In this document: in pieces, positions 41,847-55,878 of the stretch
Numbering within the stretch: position 1 is the stretch's first letter
Layout: each line of letters begins with the position of its first letter
From: Octopus sinensis
Lineage: Eukaryota
NCBI RefSeq assembly: GCF_006345805.1
Contig: NC_043001.1
Coordinates: 104,966,001-105,030,000 of the forward strand
Direction of reading: 5' to 3'
DNA length: 64,000 nt
Notes under the pieces: generated by a model
Seen by the model: only the letters and a program-made list of their open reading frames with translations
What the model was told of the DNA's origin: nothing
The model's database searches: none
Translations under genes and position numbers: made by a program

Positions 41847-44136
41847 TTAGATGAGGAGGGGAGAGTTGAGACCAAATGGCGTAAAAAAGCGAAGAGAGAA
41901 GATTAATCTCTGTTCTCGGCGCAAACGGGAATCCGGATGGCCTCTGTGCAAGGACAAACCGAACACAGACAGGTGTTGCAAGGAGTGACCGGTGGAGCGG
42001 AAATGGCATGAGGCCGGTGTGTCGTTGGCAAGGCGGATGTCACGGAGATGTTCTGCGAACCGGTCAGCCAAGCGGCGTCCCGTTTGTCCGATGTACAGGG
42101 AATGGCAGAGAGAGCAAGAGATGCAATATATGATATTACTGGAGGTGCAGGTGAAGGAGTTGATGATGCGAAAGGGTCGATGATGGGTGCCAGTGAGGAG
42201 GGTGGTGTTGGAGAGGTAAGGGCAAGTGTGGCAACGTGGGCGGGAGCAGGGGAACGAGCCAGGTTGGGAGGTAGGGTCAGAGAAGGAGCTGTGGACCAAA
42301 AGGTGTCGTAGGTTATGGGCTCGTTTGAAGGAGGGGAGGGGTCGGTTAGGGAAGAGGTGTGAAGTGGACAGGTCGGACTGGAGATGCCGGAAAGCTCGAA
42401 GAATGGTGCGTTGGAGAGGTAGGGTCGTGGGATGGTAAGTGAGGGGAAAAGGGAGGTGGGAGACTACAGGGCGGGTTCGTGGGGAGAGAGCAGATGCACG
42501 GTCTACGGAACGTGCTCTGGCAAGGGCGATGTGGATAGTGGTGAGGGGGTATCCACGTAGGATGAAGTTCACGGGAGAGTGAGGTGGCACCGATAATGTC
42601 GTCAATGTAACGACCGTATAGATCGGGAGTGGGACCAGTGAAATTAGAGAATATTTTGGCCTCAACATAGCCAACGAACAGGTTCGCATAGTTGGGGCCC
42701 ATTCGTGTTCCCATGGCCACTCCCGAGAACTGTTGGTAGAACTCGCCCGCGAACGAGAAGCAGTTAAGAGAAAAGACAAGTTCGGCCAGACGAATGAGTG
42801 TGGAGGTGTCGGGTTCGGGGTTGGGGCGGAGGTCGAGAAAGTGTTGAAGTGCCCGCAGTCCTTCGTGGTGAGGGATGACGGTATAGAGACTCTGGGTGTC
42901 CATTGTAAAAAGTATTTTGGAGGAGCCGGGAGGAACGGAGAATGAGTTGAACAGCCAGAGAGCATGGTTGGTGTCGTGGATGTTGGAGGGAAGAGACGCC
43001 ACTAGGGGGGCAAGGACACGATCGAGGTATTTTGAGATGAGCTCCGTGGGCAGTTGCAGGCGGAGACAATAGGGCGGCCAGGGTTGTTGGGTTTGTGGAT
43101 TTTGGGGAGGAAGTAAATGGTGGGGTTTCGTGGGGTTCGCCCTGTAGAGGTCCACGCGCCACACCACCATAGCTCCACCCTTGTCAGCCGGTTTGATGAT
43201 AATGTCAGCGCGCCGTTGGAGGGAACGAAGAGCCGAGAGCTCGGCCGGGGAGATGTTGAGGCGGCGGTGACGCCTGGAGAAGTTGAACCGCTCCAACGCA
43301 CGCTGACAGGCGCCCGCGAAAAGATCAACCGCTAGGAACTGGCCGAGGGCAGGCGTCCACGGGGATGGTCGGTGGCCCAGGTCAGTGAAGCAGTCCTCAT
43401 CGTTGGATGCGGTGGTGAGTCGCGGAAAAACGCACCCAACCGGACGCGGCGCACAAAGCTGTGGACATCAGCTCGCGTCTGGAATTCCTTACAGGATGGA
43501 GTGAGGGGGATGAAACGCAGACCCCTACCAAGGACGGAGCGTTCCGCCGCAGAGAGGGGAAGATTAAGGGGAATGGTAACAACAGACGGAAGTGGAGAAG
43601 GGGTGGGTGGAATAGAAGTACGAGGGGTGGATGGAATGGGAGTAAGAGTAGGAGGGGTGGTAGGACTGGTGGATGTCTGAGGGGGAGGGATTGGCGAGGT
43701 GTGTGGGACAGTGGGGTTAGGTGTGGGTGGGTAGAACCTATCAGGAGGAGAGAAGGGTAGTGGAGGAGTTGGGGTGGTGGCGTCGGTTGTGGTGGAATAG
43801 AGGAGTGATTGGAGTTTACGAAGTTTGGTATTGGAAAGAAATTGATGGAAGAGGTGATTCAAATGGATAATGAAGCATAGCGTGTGTGGAGCATGGAAAG
43901 GCGGCAGAGAGGAGAAAAATGTGGAAAAAAGCAGGAGGGAGGAGGCAGTCGATGGTATGTAGTTTAGAGAGATTGGAGCGTTGGTGGCCCGCATCAGGCG
44001 GTAAGATGTGGTGCGGAGTATGGGTAAGATGGAAGAAGCCGATATTATGGAGATGTACTTGCATAGCGAGTGACTTGATCTGAGATCGTGTGCTGGAACG
44101 AAAACAATTGCAGCGTGGAAGGTGTTTATGAGCCAT
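41847..44136 (-). pseudogene. Penelope RT/GIY-YIG ORF broken into at least 4 frames
   Basis: ORFs 43816-44136, 43332-44276, 42346-43296 and 41847-42965; internal deletions after WRVDLYR and after ATSLSRELH. Confidence 0.9.
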
Positions 44137-44313
44137 TTAAGAAACACACAAGAATCGTTAGATTCACTTCGACAGTTAAATTTAATTTGTGAAAATATTT
44201 TCGTCGCTTTGGGACTGCGACCTGTTCTCTGACAAATATCCGTGCTGCACGGGAAACCGCCCAGCCAATCTCGCAAATCTGATTATTAGTTTGGCGAGAG
44301 AGAGAGAGAGAGA

Positions 44314-44362
<49 letters not shown>

Positions 44363-44624
44363 AGAGAGGTAGAGAGAGGGAGAGTGGTGGGAGAGATTGA
44401 GTGAGAGAAAGTGTAAGAGGGAGAGAAAGAAAGAGAGAAAGAGAAAGAAGGAAAGAAAGCGAGAGAGGGAGAGAAACAGAGAGAGAAAGAGAAAGGAGAG
44501 AAAGCGAGAGAGAGAGAGAGGGGGGAAAGGGGAGAGAAGTAGAGAGAGGGAGAGTGGTGGGAGAGATTGAGTGAGAGAAAGTGAAAGAGGGAGAGAAAGA
44601 GAGAGATAAAGAGAAAGGGGAGAA

Positions 44625-44663
<39 letters not shown>

Positions 44664-45742
44664 TCAGTGCCTAGAGTTACAAATCTGTTTGCAGAACGAC
44701 GTGTCTTTGACAGACGTGTCTCTGACAGAACGACGTGTCTTTGAGTTTGAATGTTTTTGTTGTATTTCCAGCGATTTCTCTTTGTTCCTCTTTGTCGGTG
44801 TTTTATCGCAGATGGCGAATTTGAATTCTATCCAGTCCTATGAGCCAAAGTTGGGCGAAATTGCAAAGAAGATACGTGAACAAAGCAGACAGGCGAGGAT
44901 AATTTTCGATTCTTGATTCTGATAAACACAGGGTTAATATATTTTTCTTGCCAAAATACATTTAGCGAAGGTTGTTGCGATTGTTCTCAGTTAATTTATT
45001 GGTAAATGAATTACTAAATTGCTTGTTTTACAAAATGCACAGTTTCTGCAAAATATGGAAGAGGCAAGGTGAGACAAAAAAATTATATATTAGCTTGCAG
45101 ATTAATTTTTTTTCCCCCAAACAAGAAAAAAAAAAAAAAGAGAACAAAACATTAAATAGTTATCCGCTTAACAATTATCTAAGTTACATTAAGTGTGGAA
45201 TATTAAATTTAGTGATTCTAAAACTTGACAGAGCTACAGGCTGATATCTCATTCAAGAGAAAAATAACTATAATTATTAAGAAAACAGATGCGATGAAAT
45301 CATAGGTTAAGACTGGAAGAAATGCGGAGCCAAGAACAATTTCGTTTTTAGTTCCGTATTTTCCTTCTATTTTTCTCTCATTATCTTATTTTAAATATCT
45401 TTTTCGATATTATAAAAATCATCGTATTTTTTCTTCTTATCATATATATACTTTTATATATATTTTTAAAATATTCTTGTTTATATTAAGATTTTATGGT
45501 CGTTATTTTTATTGTATCTTGAATATCGTTTTGCTTGGTGCTTTAATCTACCATTTCGTATAAGTATCTTGTGTTCAGATTTTATTTTCCTTTTGTTTTT
45601 TATCAACAAAATATTCTGGAAGCTAAGCAAAGCACATGGTAAGATTAAATAGATTTTTATATCTCTCAAGATTTGGTTAATAGTGCAAATATTATAAGCA
45701 CGGAACATTTTTAATGGCGGAATCTGAATTCAGCTTGAACAT

Positions 45743-45949
45743 AGCGCAGGCGTGGCTGTGTGAGAAGTTTACTTCCCAGTCGCAAGGTTCCGGGTTCAGT
45801 CCCACTGCATGGCCCCTTGGGCAAGTGTCTATACCCATAGCCTCGAGTCGAACAAAGCCTTGCGAGTGGATTTGGTACACGGAAACTGAAAGAAGCCCGT
45901 CATATATTTATTTATAACTGTGTGTATGTATGTATATATATATATATAT

Positions 45950-45984
<35 letters not shown>

Positions 45985-46180
45985 ATGTGTGTGTGTTTGT
46001 GCCTGTGTTTGATTTGTTTACATTCCCGTAACTTAGCCGCTAGGCAAGAAAGACCGATAAAAGAACTAAGCACTGGGATCGATTCGTTGGACTAAAATCC
46101 TTTAAACTGGTGTTCCAGAATGGCCGCAGTTTAATGACTGAAGCAGATAAGAAATAGTGACTGAAACAAGTAAAAGATAA
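45743..46180 (+). mobile_element. SINE family B, full length
   Basis: Head GCGCAGGCGTGGCTGTGTG..GGTTCAGTCCC, internal TA/TG repeat, tail GACTGAAACAAGTAAAAGA. Confidence 0.88.
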
Positions 46181-46704
46181 AATGCGTGAAACAAACAAAA
46201 GATAAAAGATGAAAGAGATCAGGCATTCAGAAATATTTCTCCTTCAAATCTTTCCTGTCTTTGAAATAGTAAGAATAGTTTCATTATTTTTCTTTATCTC
46301 GAAATTTTTATGTTCTTAATCTTGCTCTGTAGTTTAACTTCCCTAATTATTTTCATTTTCAAGTTTATCTACATATTGTCTATAGAATTTAGAGCCGGCA
46401 CTGAAAGTTACGACGTTTTGTAGACGAATACATCTACGTAAGCAATGAGACCGAAGATAAAAAAGAAATAAGTAACGAGTGTATATACATATTTCAGGAG
46501 ATGTTGTAGATACGCCCATTAACTATTTTTCTATTTTCGATCGTATTGTTTACTTAGACGTATTCATATAACTTTCAATGCTGCCTCTAATTTTTATGGA
46601 AAATCTGTAGAAATAACTATAATACTTTAGCTCCTGGGCCTCATTTTACGTTTTATCCTTGGGTCCCAACAAGATATCTCTTTACTCTTTTACTTGTTTC
46701 AGTG

Positions 46705-47285
46705 CTTGAAAATGATCACATCTCACTACTCTGGAACTTCACCATTCAAACTGACAGAAAGATAGACGCGAATAGGCCAGACATCATATTGAAAGACTTC
46801 AGACAAAAATCATACCTCCTCATTGATATGACTGTCACAGTCGACATAAACATATCTGTCAAGACCTAGCAAAGACTGAGCAAATATAAAGATCGTGAAA
46901 TAGAAATCAGCAAAATGTAGAACCTGAAGACTAAAACAATACCTGCTGGCATAGGTGCCCTGGGAATGATGGCAAAAGGGGCTGATTGCTATCTAACTCA
47001 GATACCAGGAAACCCCAAAATGGCAGAAATACAAAAGATAGTACTCATGGGAACTGCCCATATCCTACGCAAAATACTTTCTATGTAATCTCAAGTTTTA
47101 AAACAAACATAATTTTCTTATTATTTCTTAAACATTCTCTAGAAGAACGCTATGTACAAAACCAAATATAAGGCACCCTAGGCATAACACGAACATGAAC
47201 TTCCAACTTGTTGTCTCTTAAGGTCTCTGGGTGAGACTTGGAGCCAGCTTGTGCTAATGTAAAGCAAAGGTCAAACATAGAATAA
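46705..47285 (+). mobile_element. RLE-type LINE family 4, 3' fragment ending in AATAATAAT
   Basis: Translates LENDHISLLWNFTIQTDRKIDANRPDIILKD..LSKYKD..KM*NLKTKTIP.GIGALG..GTAHILRKILSM*. Confidence 0.88.
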
Positions 47286-47325
47286 TAATATATTATGTAT
47301 GTATGTATGTATCTGTCTGTCTGTG

Positions 47326-47415
<90 letters not shown>

Positions 47416-47419
47416 CCTA

Positions 47420-49241
47420 CCGGCGACTCTGAGGGGCATCCCGCGAGAATTAGGATGCGGGACGAGCGTGTCTGCATACGCGGACGACGTCACCGTCATA
47501 GTGTCAAGCCACGAGCACATCGAGCGGGTCGGCGAGACACTGAAAGACTACGAAGCGGTGACAGGAGCAAAAATCAACCGGGAAAAGTCAGTGGGCTTGC
47601 GGCTCGGCACCTGGAGAAGCAAGCCCATGCCGTCCACCAGTACCTCCGTCGTGGGACGCTGGACAGACGCCCGGTTGAGTTGCTCGGGGTCTGGTTGGTC
47701 CGGACCTCCAAATGGAGAAGAACTGGAACGAGATAACGAGTAGGGTGGTCACTCTCGCCCAGCAATGGGCCGAGAGGAAACTGTCCCTAAAAGGTCGGGC
47801 GGAGGTGGTGAACGCGTACATCGCGTCCATCATCTACTACCGCCTGACCGTCGTACCTTGTCCCGACCCTACCATCACCAAACTAGAACGCATCCTCTTC
47901 CGCTTCTTGTGGAAAGGATGCGTCCCGATGGTCAGGCGATCATTTGCTGTCAACACCGTTAAAAGGAGGGCTGGGCATGCCGTGGTTGATGATGCGCAGA
48001 CACGCGCTGAGACTGCGACATCTCCGGCTCTATGTAGACGACGGTGAACAGGTGTGGTCACCGTTTGTGAGGCACGCATTCCCGCAACTCGTCTCCATGA
48101 CCGAACTACAGTCGTGGATCAAAAAGAGGCCGAAGAAGGGCGATTGGCACCGCGAGTGTCGCGTTGCTCTCAAGCAACTCTGCCGTCCCGGGTCGACCTT
48201 GAGTGACTTCAACACAACAAAGCATTCTATAGGGGATTAGTGGAGGGGAGGTACGACGACGAGCTCGGGGCAAACCTGGGCGTCGACGAGGAATACCGAC
48301 CCGCCTGTTTCTAACGACTTTCGGCCGGGACCTATGGACAACTTCCAGAGATCCCTGGCCTGGCGGTGCTACCGAGAAGCGCTACCCGTTCGGGATAAGC
48401 TCTATAGGCATGGCTCGAGAAACACGGGGCCGACCTGCCCGAGATGCGGGCAGAGCGACGAAACCGCTCTGCACGCAATCGTGCAGTGTCAGCAATTTCC
48501 ACCTGTGGGCTTATGTCGAACGACTGCTGTCACGTGTGGGACGTGTCGGTTTATCAGCCGAGTCTATCGTTAATATCGTCACGCCTCCTTCCCTCAAACG
48601 GAAGGAAGAGCTATTTTTATCATACTTGTGGCTATGGCGAAAGAATGTATCTGGTGGACGCGTCTGAAAGGATTAGAGACAAACACTTTCCTCTCTGGTC
48701 AATCTCTCATCAACTTCTTCAAGTATCACTGGAAGAAAAAAGTGAGAGTAGAGAGGCAAGTTTTGTCTAGTGAATGTTTTAAAAAAAGATGGGTGAATGT
48801 AGCAAGGATGGCACGTATGAATGACGAAGCCACCTTGACTATGATTCTATGAACCGTAAAAATTAATACAGAGAGTTGCTTATTTGCAAAAAAAAAAAAG
48901 AAAAGAAATATAACATTGACCGAGGTTACCGTGGTCTTTTCCGTAGGCTTTTCTTTCACGGGTAAACCTCACCTGTCCTCCCCTTTACACTTCATATTGA
49001 CATTTCTGTGATAACGATCCCTATTGATCAATTTTTTCCTCTCCCCCTTTTTTTGTCCTCTTTCTCTCCTTTTACGATCCCTTTTGATCGACCCCCCTTT
49101 TTTATTTTATTTTTATTTTATTTTTTTTTATTTTTTATTTATTTATTTTTTTAAAATTTTATTTTTTAAACCTTCAAAAGAAAAGCTCTACCTTGTAATT
49201 TGTTCTATCTGTGTGCACCCCTGTGTGGCTAATAAAGAAAC
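47420..49241 (+). mobile_element. 5'-truncated Tx1/L1-clade non-LTR retrotransposon
   Basis: SAYADDVTV, GAKINREKS, LSLKGRAEVVN, GGLGMP, CPRCG..ETALHAIVQC in frameshifted ORFs 47303-48852; 3' end AATAAAGAAAC then (ATCT)n. Confidence 0.92.
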
Positions 49242-49242
49242 A

Positions 49243-49324
<82 letters not shown>

Positions 49325-49332
49325 CCTACCTT

Positions 49333-49391
<59 letters not shown>

Positions 49392-49410
49392 GTCTATCTA
49401 TCTATCTATA
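49242..49410. repeat. (ATCT)n array; matching array at 47327-47414
   Basis: Direct reading. Confidence 0.95.
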
Positions 49411-49431
49411 TGTATATATCCAAGCTTTTTC

Positions 49432-50970
49432 CCCATTTCTTTAGGTGGGGTAGCCACAACAAAACACATACTAAGCATTCCATTCATTTCTCAGCTCAAA
49501 GTGGCGAACCCCGGATGAAGGCATAGAACGCAACTCACAATATCAGCAGCGGGACCCGGCGGCATATGCTGGTTTACCCCCACCGCATCATGCTGGTTCC
49601 GTAACTCTTTGAGCAGCATCAAAATTCACTCATCCGCCCACAAACACTCTTCAAGCTTTCTTATCATTTATGAACTCTTTTGCCTCTCTCACTGAAAAAC
49701 CTCTAACAACCAAAGTTTTCCTCACTCCATCCATCTACACAAACCGAGGTCTGCCTCTGGTTCTGCTGCCTACCACTTCTGCCTTCATCAACCTCCTTAC
49801 CGTCCGCTCCTCATCCATCCTCTCCATGTGGCCAAACCACCTCAAAATTCGTCTATCCATTTTGGTTGTTAGTTCTCGCATTCCTGCTCACCTTCGCATC
49901 TCCTCATTCCTCATCCTGTCTATCCGTGTCACACCAACCATAGCCCTCAGACATCCCATCTCAAACACATTTAGTTGCCTCCTTTCCGCCTCTCTCAGCC
50001 CCCACGTCTCTGCACCATATAACATTGTCGACACAATCACGCCCTCATACACACCTCTTTTCGATTTCATTCTCAACCTTTTATCTCTCAGCGTACCTTT
50101 CGCAACTCCAAGTATCTTATTCCCCTCGCTCACTCTATGTCCCTCCTCCTCAGTCACCAGCACCCCACTATCCACCGTCAAATGTGACCCCAGATACTTA
50201 AAACAACCCACATCCATTCTACCAGCTATTCCTTCTCTCGAACATCTCATCACCTTACTCTTAGCTACATTCACTTTCAGTTTCCTCCTCTCACACACTC
50301 TTCCAGACTCCACCACCAGTCTCCTCAGTTGCTCTTCCAAATCCGCCACCAGTCCTGCATCATCAGCAAACAACATCTGACTCACCTGCCATTTCTCTCC
50401 GTTTCTCACCACACTATCCATATATAAATTAAACAGCCAGGGAGACATCACACAACCTTGTCTTAATCCCGCCTTCACATCAAACCACTCGCTTACTTTA
50501 CCACCCACACTAACGCACGCCCTATTTTCTCTATAAAAACTCTGAACAGCTCTCAACAATCTACCATCTACTCCATACAACCGCCGCAGCACCTGTCACA
50601 TTGCATCCCTATCCACACGGTCATATACCTTCTCTAGTTCTACAAATATTTGATCTTCATGTTCCATTCCACTCCTAAAACCGCACTGTTCCTCCCCTAG
50701 TATTATCTCTGTCTGGTTCTTCACCTTTACAATCAGAATTTCCTATACAGTTTACCAACCACACATAACAGATTTATACTCCTAAAATTTCCACGCTCAC
50801 ATGTATTCCCTTTACCCTTGTACAGTGGAACTATACAGGCACTGCACCATTCCTTTGGTACTCTTCCAGCCATATAACAAACATTTATAAGCTTCACTAA
50901 CCATTCAGTCACTGTCGCTCCTCCTTTTTTTAAGGCTTTCCCCTATATAACCATCTATACCTGGCGTATG
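49432..50970 (-). mobile_element. 5'-truncated RTE-clade LINE, decayed
   Basis: ORF 49888-50592 GLRQGCVMSPWLFNLYMD, LFADD, FKYLG, STMLYGAETW; upstream PGIDG, ACIVPLYK, EEQCGFR; downstream LRWFGHMERM..RGRPR. Confidence 0.92.
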
Positions 50971-51379
50971 TCCTGGGTATGACTATAAACTACACCCGGT
51001 AGTGGAACCATGGGGCCCTGGTTTCAGGATTTGAGGAGTGTGGAACCACGTCTTAGCCACTATTGTTCCCAGGTCTACTCTGGCTCCGAGTGGTAACACC
51101 TGTAAGGGTCCAAGCTATGGGTTAACTAGCAAACCCCACTGCGACTGGGGGTCAGTAGAATGCTGTCGCCGTATTCCCTGCGTGGCGTAAGAAGCGACCA
51201 AAAAGGGGCAGGAGCGAAGGGATTAGGACTCCACTCCTCCTAGTAAGAATTACAACCGTGTTTCGTGGCCTGCTACCACAACAGCTCCTTTATAGGATCC
51301 GTTTAGCTGAAGACATCATCAGGAGGAACCACGTCCGGTTTCGGCCATTACATATTCCTAAAATACATATTACTAAAAA

Positions 51380-51634
51380 GACAAGGAAAAAATAATGATA
51401 CCAGACAAATACACAACAAAAATACCAGGACTAACAAGTATATATAACATACAGAAAATAGCACTACTAGGCACCGCACACATCCTACGTAAAATACTTT
51501 CAATACAGTAATTATAAGAGCATCACAGCAAACTACCGCGCATACCCAAGGCACACAGAGCTGCGCTCAGTACCGAAGTAAAAGCACGAGATAAAAATAA
51601 GACAACATAATGATAATAATAATAATAATAATAA

Positions 51635-51673
<39 letters not shown>

Positions 51674-51940
51674 CTCGAACGTGGAATCTAAAAACAGAAA
51701 CAATTCCTATCGTAGTAGGTGCATTAGGCATGATAAAAAAATATTTAGACAAATACATAACAAAAACACCAGGACTTATAAACACATAACATACAGAAAA
51801 TTGCACCAATCCTACGCAGAACACTTTCAATACAGTAACCATCAGAGCATCACAACATATCACAGCACATACCCAAGGCACACAGAGCTGCGCTCGGTAG
51901 TGAAATGAAAGCACGATATAAAAAAAAAACTACTGAATAA
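51380..51940 (+). mobile_element. Two tandem RLE family 1 3' ends (51380-51608, 51672-51937), each ending in (TAA)n
   Basis: Both carry CATACCCAAGGCACACAGAGCTGCGCTC of the family 1 3' UTR. Confidence 0.88.
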
Positions 51941-51981
51941 TAATAATAATAATAATAATAACAATAATAATAATAATAATA

Positions 51982-52028
<47 letters not shown>

Positions 52029-52500
52029 TAATAATAATAGAAACATAAAGGGAGAAGGATAATCCTCCGGATTCTTAAGCTTTCTTCTGAAAAACAGAAT
52101 AATTGAAAATGTGTTGCTTCCTACATGTTCACATCAAGTGTTACATGTTATATTGCCGGCTGAGAGCCAATTTTTGCACAACTGGTTATAGAGAATATTA
52201 AGATAGCGATACAAGAAATAATAAAAGAGGGAAAATAATGGAAAATCTACTGCAGAAAAAAGGTGCGACTTAATAAGATAATCTAGCAGAAGCCATTGAA
52301 TTGTAGATCTAATTCTTCGCTGTTGGAAGAATGCAACACATGGTCCAGATATGAGCAACTGAAATTCTGTAACGAAAAAAATACAAATGGAGAATTTGCC
52401 GTGTTAAAAGAACGGTGAATTAATAAGACCGGTGGTTTTTAAAATATTCTGCAATTATTTTCAAAACCATCACTTACTGGCCAATCCTGTTTTGATTAAT

Positions 52501-52795
52501 GGTGAAGGCGTGTGACCTAGTAGTCAGTATGCTGCATTCACGATCACTGCATCATGGGATCGATTTCCGCATCAAGCAGCGCATTGCGTTCTTGCGCAAA
52601 CCACTTCGTTTCACGCTGCGCTAGTCTACTCAACTTCAAATGGGGGCAACCCTGCGATGGACTAACTTTCCGATCGGGGAATGTTAGCCTGCTCGTCTAG
52701 TTAGTGGGATGGCATCATTTGGAAGATAAAACGATGCAAATTGCATTGTGACCAGCGTTGTAGAACAACACCGATAGTCTGGTCAATCACGTGAT
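52501..52795 (+). mobile_element. SINE family E (degenerate tRNA-like head, CORE-like centre, distinct tail)
   Basis: TTCTTG.GCAA..CACTTC.TTTCACG centre as in family C; tail ACCAGCGTTGTA..CCGATAG.CTGGTC also at 9105-9150. Confidence 0.6.
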
Positions 52796-54265
52796 GTTGA
52801 TTAATGCTGCCATGCTTTCCCGATCTGTAAAGGAAAGACAGAAATCGCGAGTTGCTGTATAAGCTCAAAATAATACTTTTGCATATTTGTTTTATGTGCA
52901 GGAATTCTAAATTAAAATGGAAGCTGTGAGCATTCACATGTAATAGTTGTATGTATCATCAGTCACTTTCTATAAACATTAACCGTTAATCCAAGCTGTA
53001 AACATGTACTAATTCCTTACAACGATACGTAACAGTTCAGTCTTCAAAACAGAATTCTCTTAATGAAATTAGATTAAAAGTGATTATCAAACAAGTTTGT
53101 AAATGATGTGTAGATATTAAAGGAGAGATTAACAGTTAGTGACCCATAAATTACCGAAATCTATGTAAGCACAAATAAAGAAAAAAAAAAAAGAAAAAAA
53201 GAAGTCATAAATATGAACACAAGTAGTTCTGTTGTACAAAATTCGTATCACTTAGCGAACTGAACAGACATCACGAGGGTTACTGAACTTGCAACGGAAA
53301 CATTCTTCAAAAAGAACTCATCAAACGGTTGCATAAAGCTCTTCATATGAACATTTGCATTATAAGTGGCTGAATATATCTCCAAGAGGGACACTCGGCA
53401 GCTTTACATTGATGCCACCCTTATCACAAAATTAACACCAACTGATTATCCATATCATTCATAGCATTTCACAGAATTTTCTCAGTTCTCACAGTCACCC
53501 AATATCGATAATGCTAACTGAATTCATTGCGTCTACGAGATTTCTCTTTATATAATCGCCATCCTATTCGCCATAACATTAGATGCATCTCTATCAATGC
53601 CAGCCATATTACATGCATATCAAAAGCATTGCTCCAGTTTTATCCTCTATTTGAAAAGCTTTTCAATCACAGCTTCAAAGGTATAATTTTAGTCTCCTTA
53701 CTCCTACATTAAACAGCTAATGTAAGCGGTTATTCTGTCTCAGCTGATATAGAGAACATTGTAAATGATGTCTATACACATATTTGTGTCTCGGGAGAAA
53801 TGCGAGACCATAACACAGTCTTGTGTGACCTTGAACAATTACGTTTTTGCCGTCATTTCTTATCGATTGGTAATATGCTTTTTTGAGAGAAGGTTCATTT
53901 CAAGCGGTGCTAAATAAAATTTCTCTTCTAAAGATGAATTTTATGGAAATTGTATCTCATTTGTGCATCTCATTTATGTTCACGTTTCTGGAATAATTTG
54001 ACTTTACTTTAAAATATGCACATTCAGACTTTTTCTATTCTATCACATATGCATACGGATATAGAACTCTAGCACACATACATACAAACAATGACATAAA
54101 TACACACACAGACACACGCATACACACACATACACAGCGTCAAGATCATACATACTTGTATCTACGTATATTTGTTATTCAGAGTTCAAATGTAGTGTGC
54201 ATATATCGGTATTCAGGCCTCTTTGTGATTTCAAATGGGTTTCTATGTATGTACGTGTGTTTGTG

Positions 54266-54320
<55 letters not shown>

Positions 54321-54326
54321 ATATAT

Positions 54327-54385
<59 letters not shown>

Positions 54386-55063
54386 TATATACATACATAC
54401 ATTTATGCATACATGCATGTGCGTGTGTGTGTATCTTTGTATACACATATATGTATGCATACACATGTGTTATTTTTTTTATTGGTTTTATTTCTATCAT
54501 TTCTCACCAATGGAGCAGCTTTCGGACATAGAAATGAGTCTGTTTCATTGGAATTTTGACAGCAGCAGTAAATTAGAGTTGCATGTGTATACATACATAT
54601 GTATGTATGCATGCATGCATGTATGTATGTATGTATGTATGATTGTATGCATGTATGCATGTATATATGTATGATTGTATGCATTATGTATGTATGTATA
54701 TACGTACGTATGTCTGTATGTCAGTCTGTCTATCTATATGTTTTTATGTGTGTATGTGTGAATGTTTGTCATTACGGAATACAAAGGAACTAAAGGCTGC
54801 TGCCACTGCTAAAACCTTTACTACTGCTATTACCACTAGTAACTACTGCCATGTGGATTTTGTAAGAGGACATACGAGCGTTCGAAACTGCTGCCGTAAA
54901 GAGTGAACTGAATTTTTTTCAAATTATTTTGCCTTCTCCTATCGCATGACTAAATTGGCATAAACAATTGAAACCGATAACATATTTTCATTTAAAAAAA
55001 TCTAATTTGCTTTCCTTTTATTCATGGCACAATTCTGAAAGCATTTTCTTGTTTTGTTTTTAA

Positions 55064-55149
<86 letters not shown>

Positions 55150-55878
55150 CCTATACGCCTGTGTGTATGGGTGCGTGCGTGCGTGTGTGTTTCTGTGTAC
55201 GTATGCTTGTGTGCATGTATGTATGCATGTATTTATGTGTGTATACACAGACACGTGCGCGTGCACAGACACACACACAGGTAGACACTCAAAATTAGAG
55301 AGGTAGAAGTAATGTTAATAACAAAAGGTAATATTTATCTGCAACTGAAGAGGATGTATTAGAATCGAATACCGCGTTATTTACTTTTTGTGAACGATAA
55401 ATGTTCGCTACGGGTGACGACACTGCGAGTTCGCGTGATTTTGTATTTTCTTTTTATTTTTTCAAGGACAGACGTCCAGCGCAGATACCACCGATGTATA
55501 TACAAATAATTTCTGCATATAGACAAATATACATTCTACACATACGAATACATGCACGCATGCATTTTCGGCGTCGAGATGACTGCATATGTGGTCATTT
55601 TGATCTGTTAAGCACCTTTGAAGTTTAATATATTTTGGGGCCTGCTGTTGATAGCTTGGGGCTGCAACCGTTTCACTAGGCATTTGTGTGTTTCTTCCCG
55701 TCTTGTGACACCCAGTTTCTCATGGAAGTAATAGTCATATATCAAGATCTAGTTATAATTATTCGTAAAAATCGTAATCTCCAGATTTCTCATCAAATCA
55801 ACATCAATGTTATAATTTTCATAAATTTTTTAATATATTGTGTTGAGTCAAATGTTTTGCAATATTTTGATAACTTGA

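Larger units (their letters stand above)
40803..44295 (-). mobile_element. Penelope-like retroelement, Neptune-type, defective
   Basis: N-terminal LPLSAAERSVLGRGLRFIP; IKPADKGGA; RT motifs TMDTQSLYT, GVAMGTRMGP, YGRYIDD; Cys linker CSRPRCHTC; GIY-YIG NIIYCISC..LYIGQTGRRLADRFAEH; pLTR with hammerhead abutting (TA)n. Confidence 0.95.

Noticed and set aside
51260-51345. CTGATGA and GAAAC motifs on the minus strand
   Set aside because: No consistent stems I and II in any hammerhead topology.
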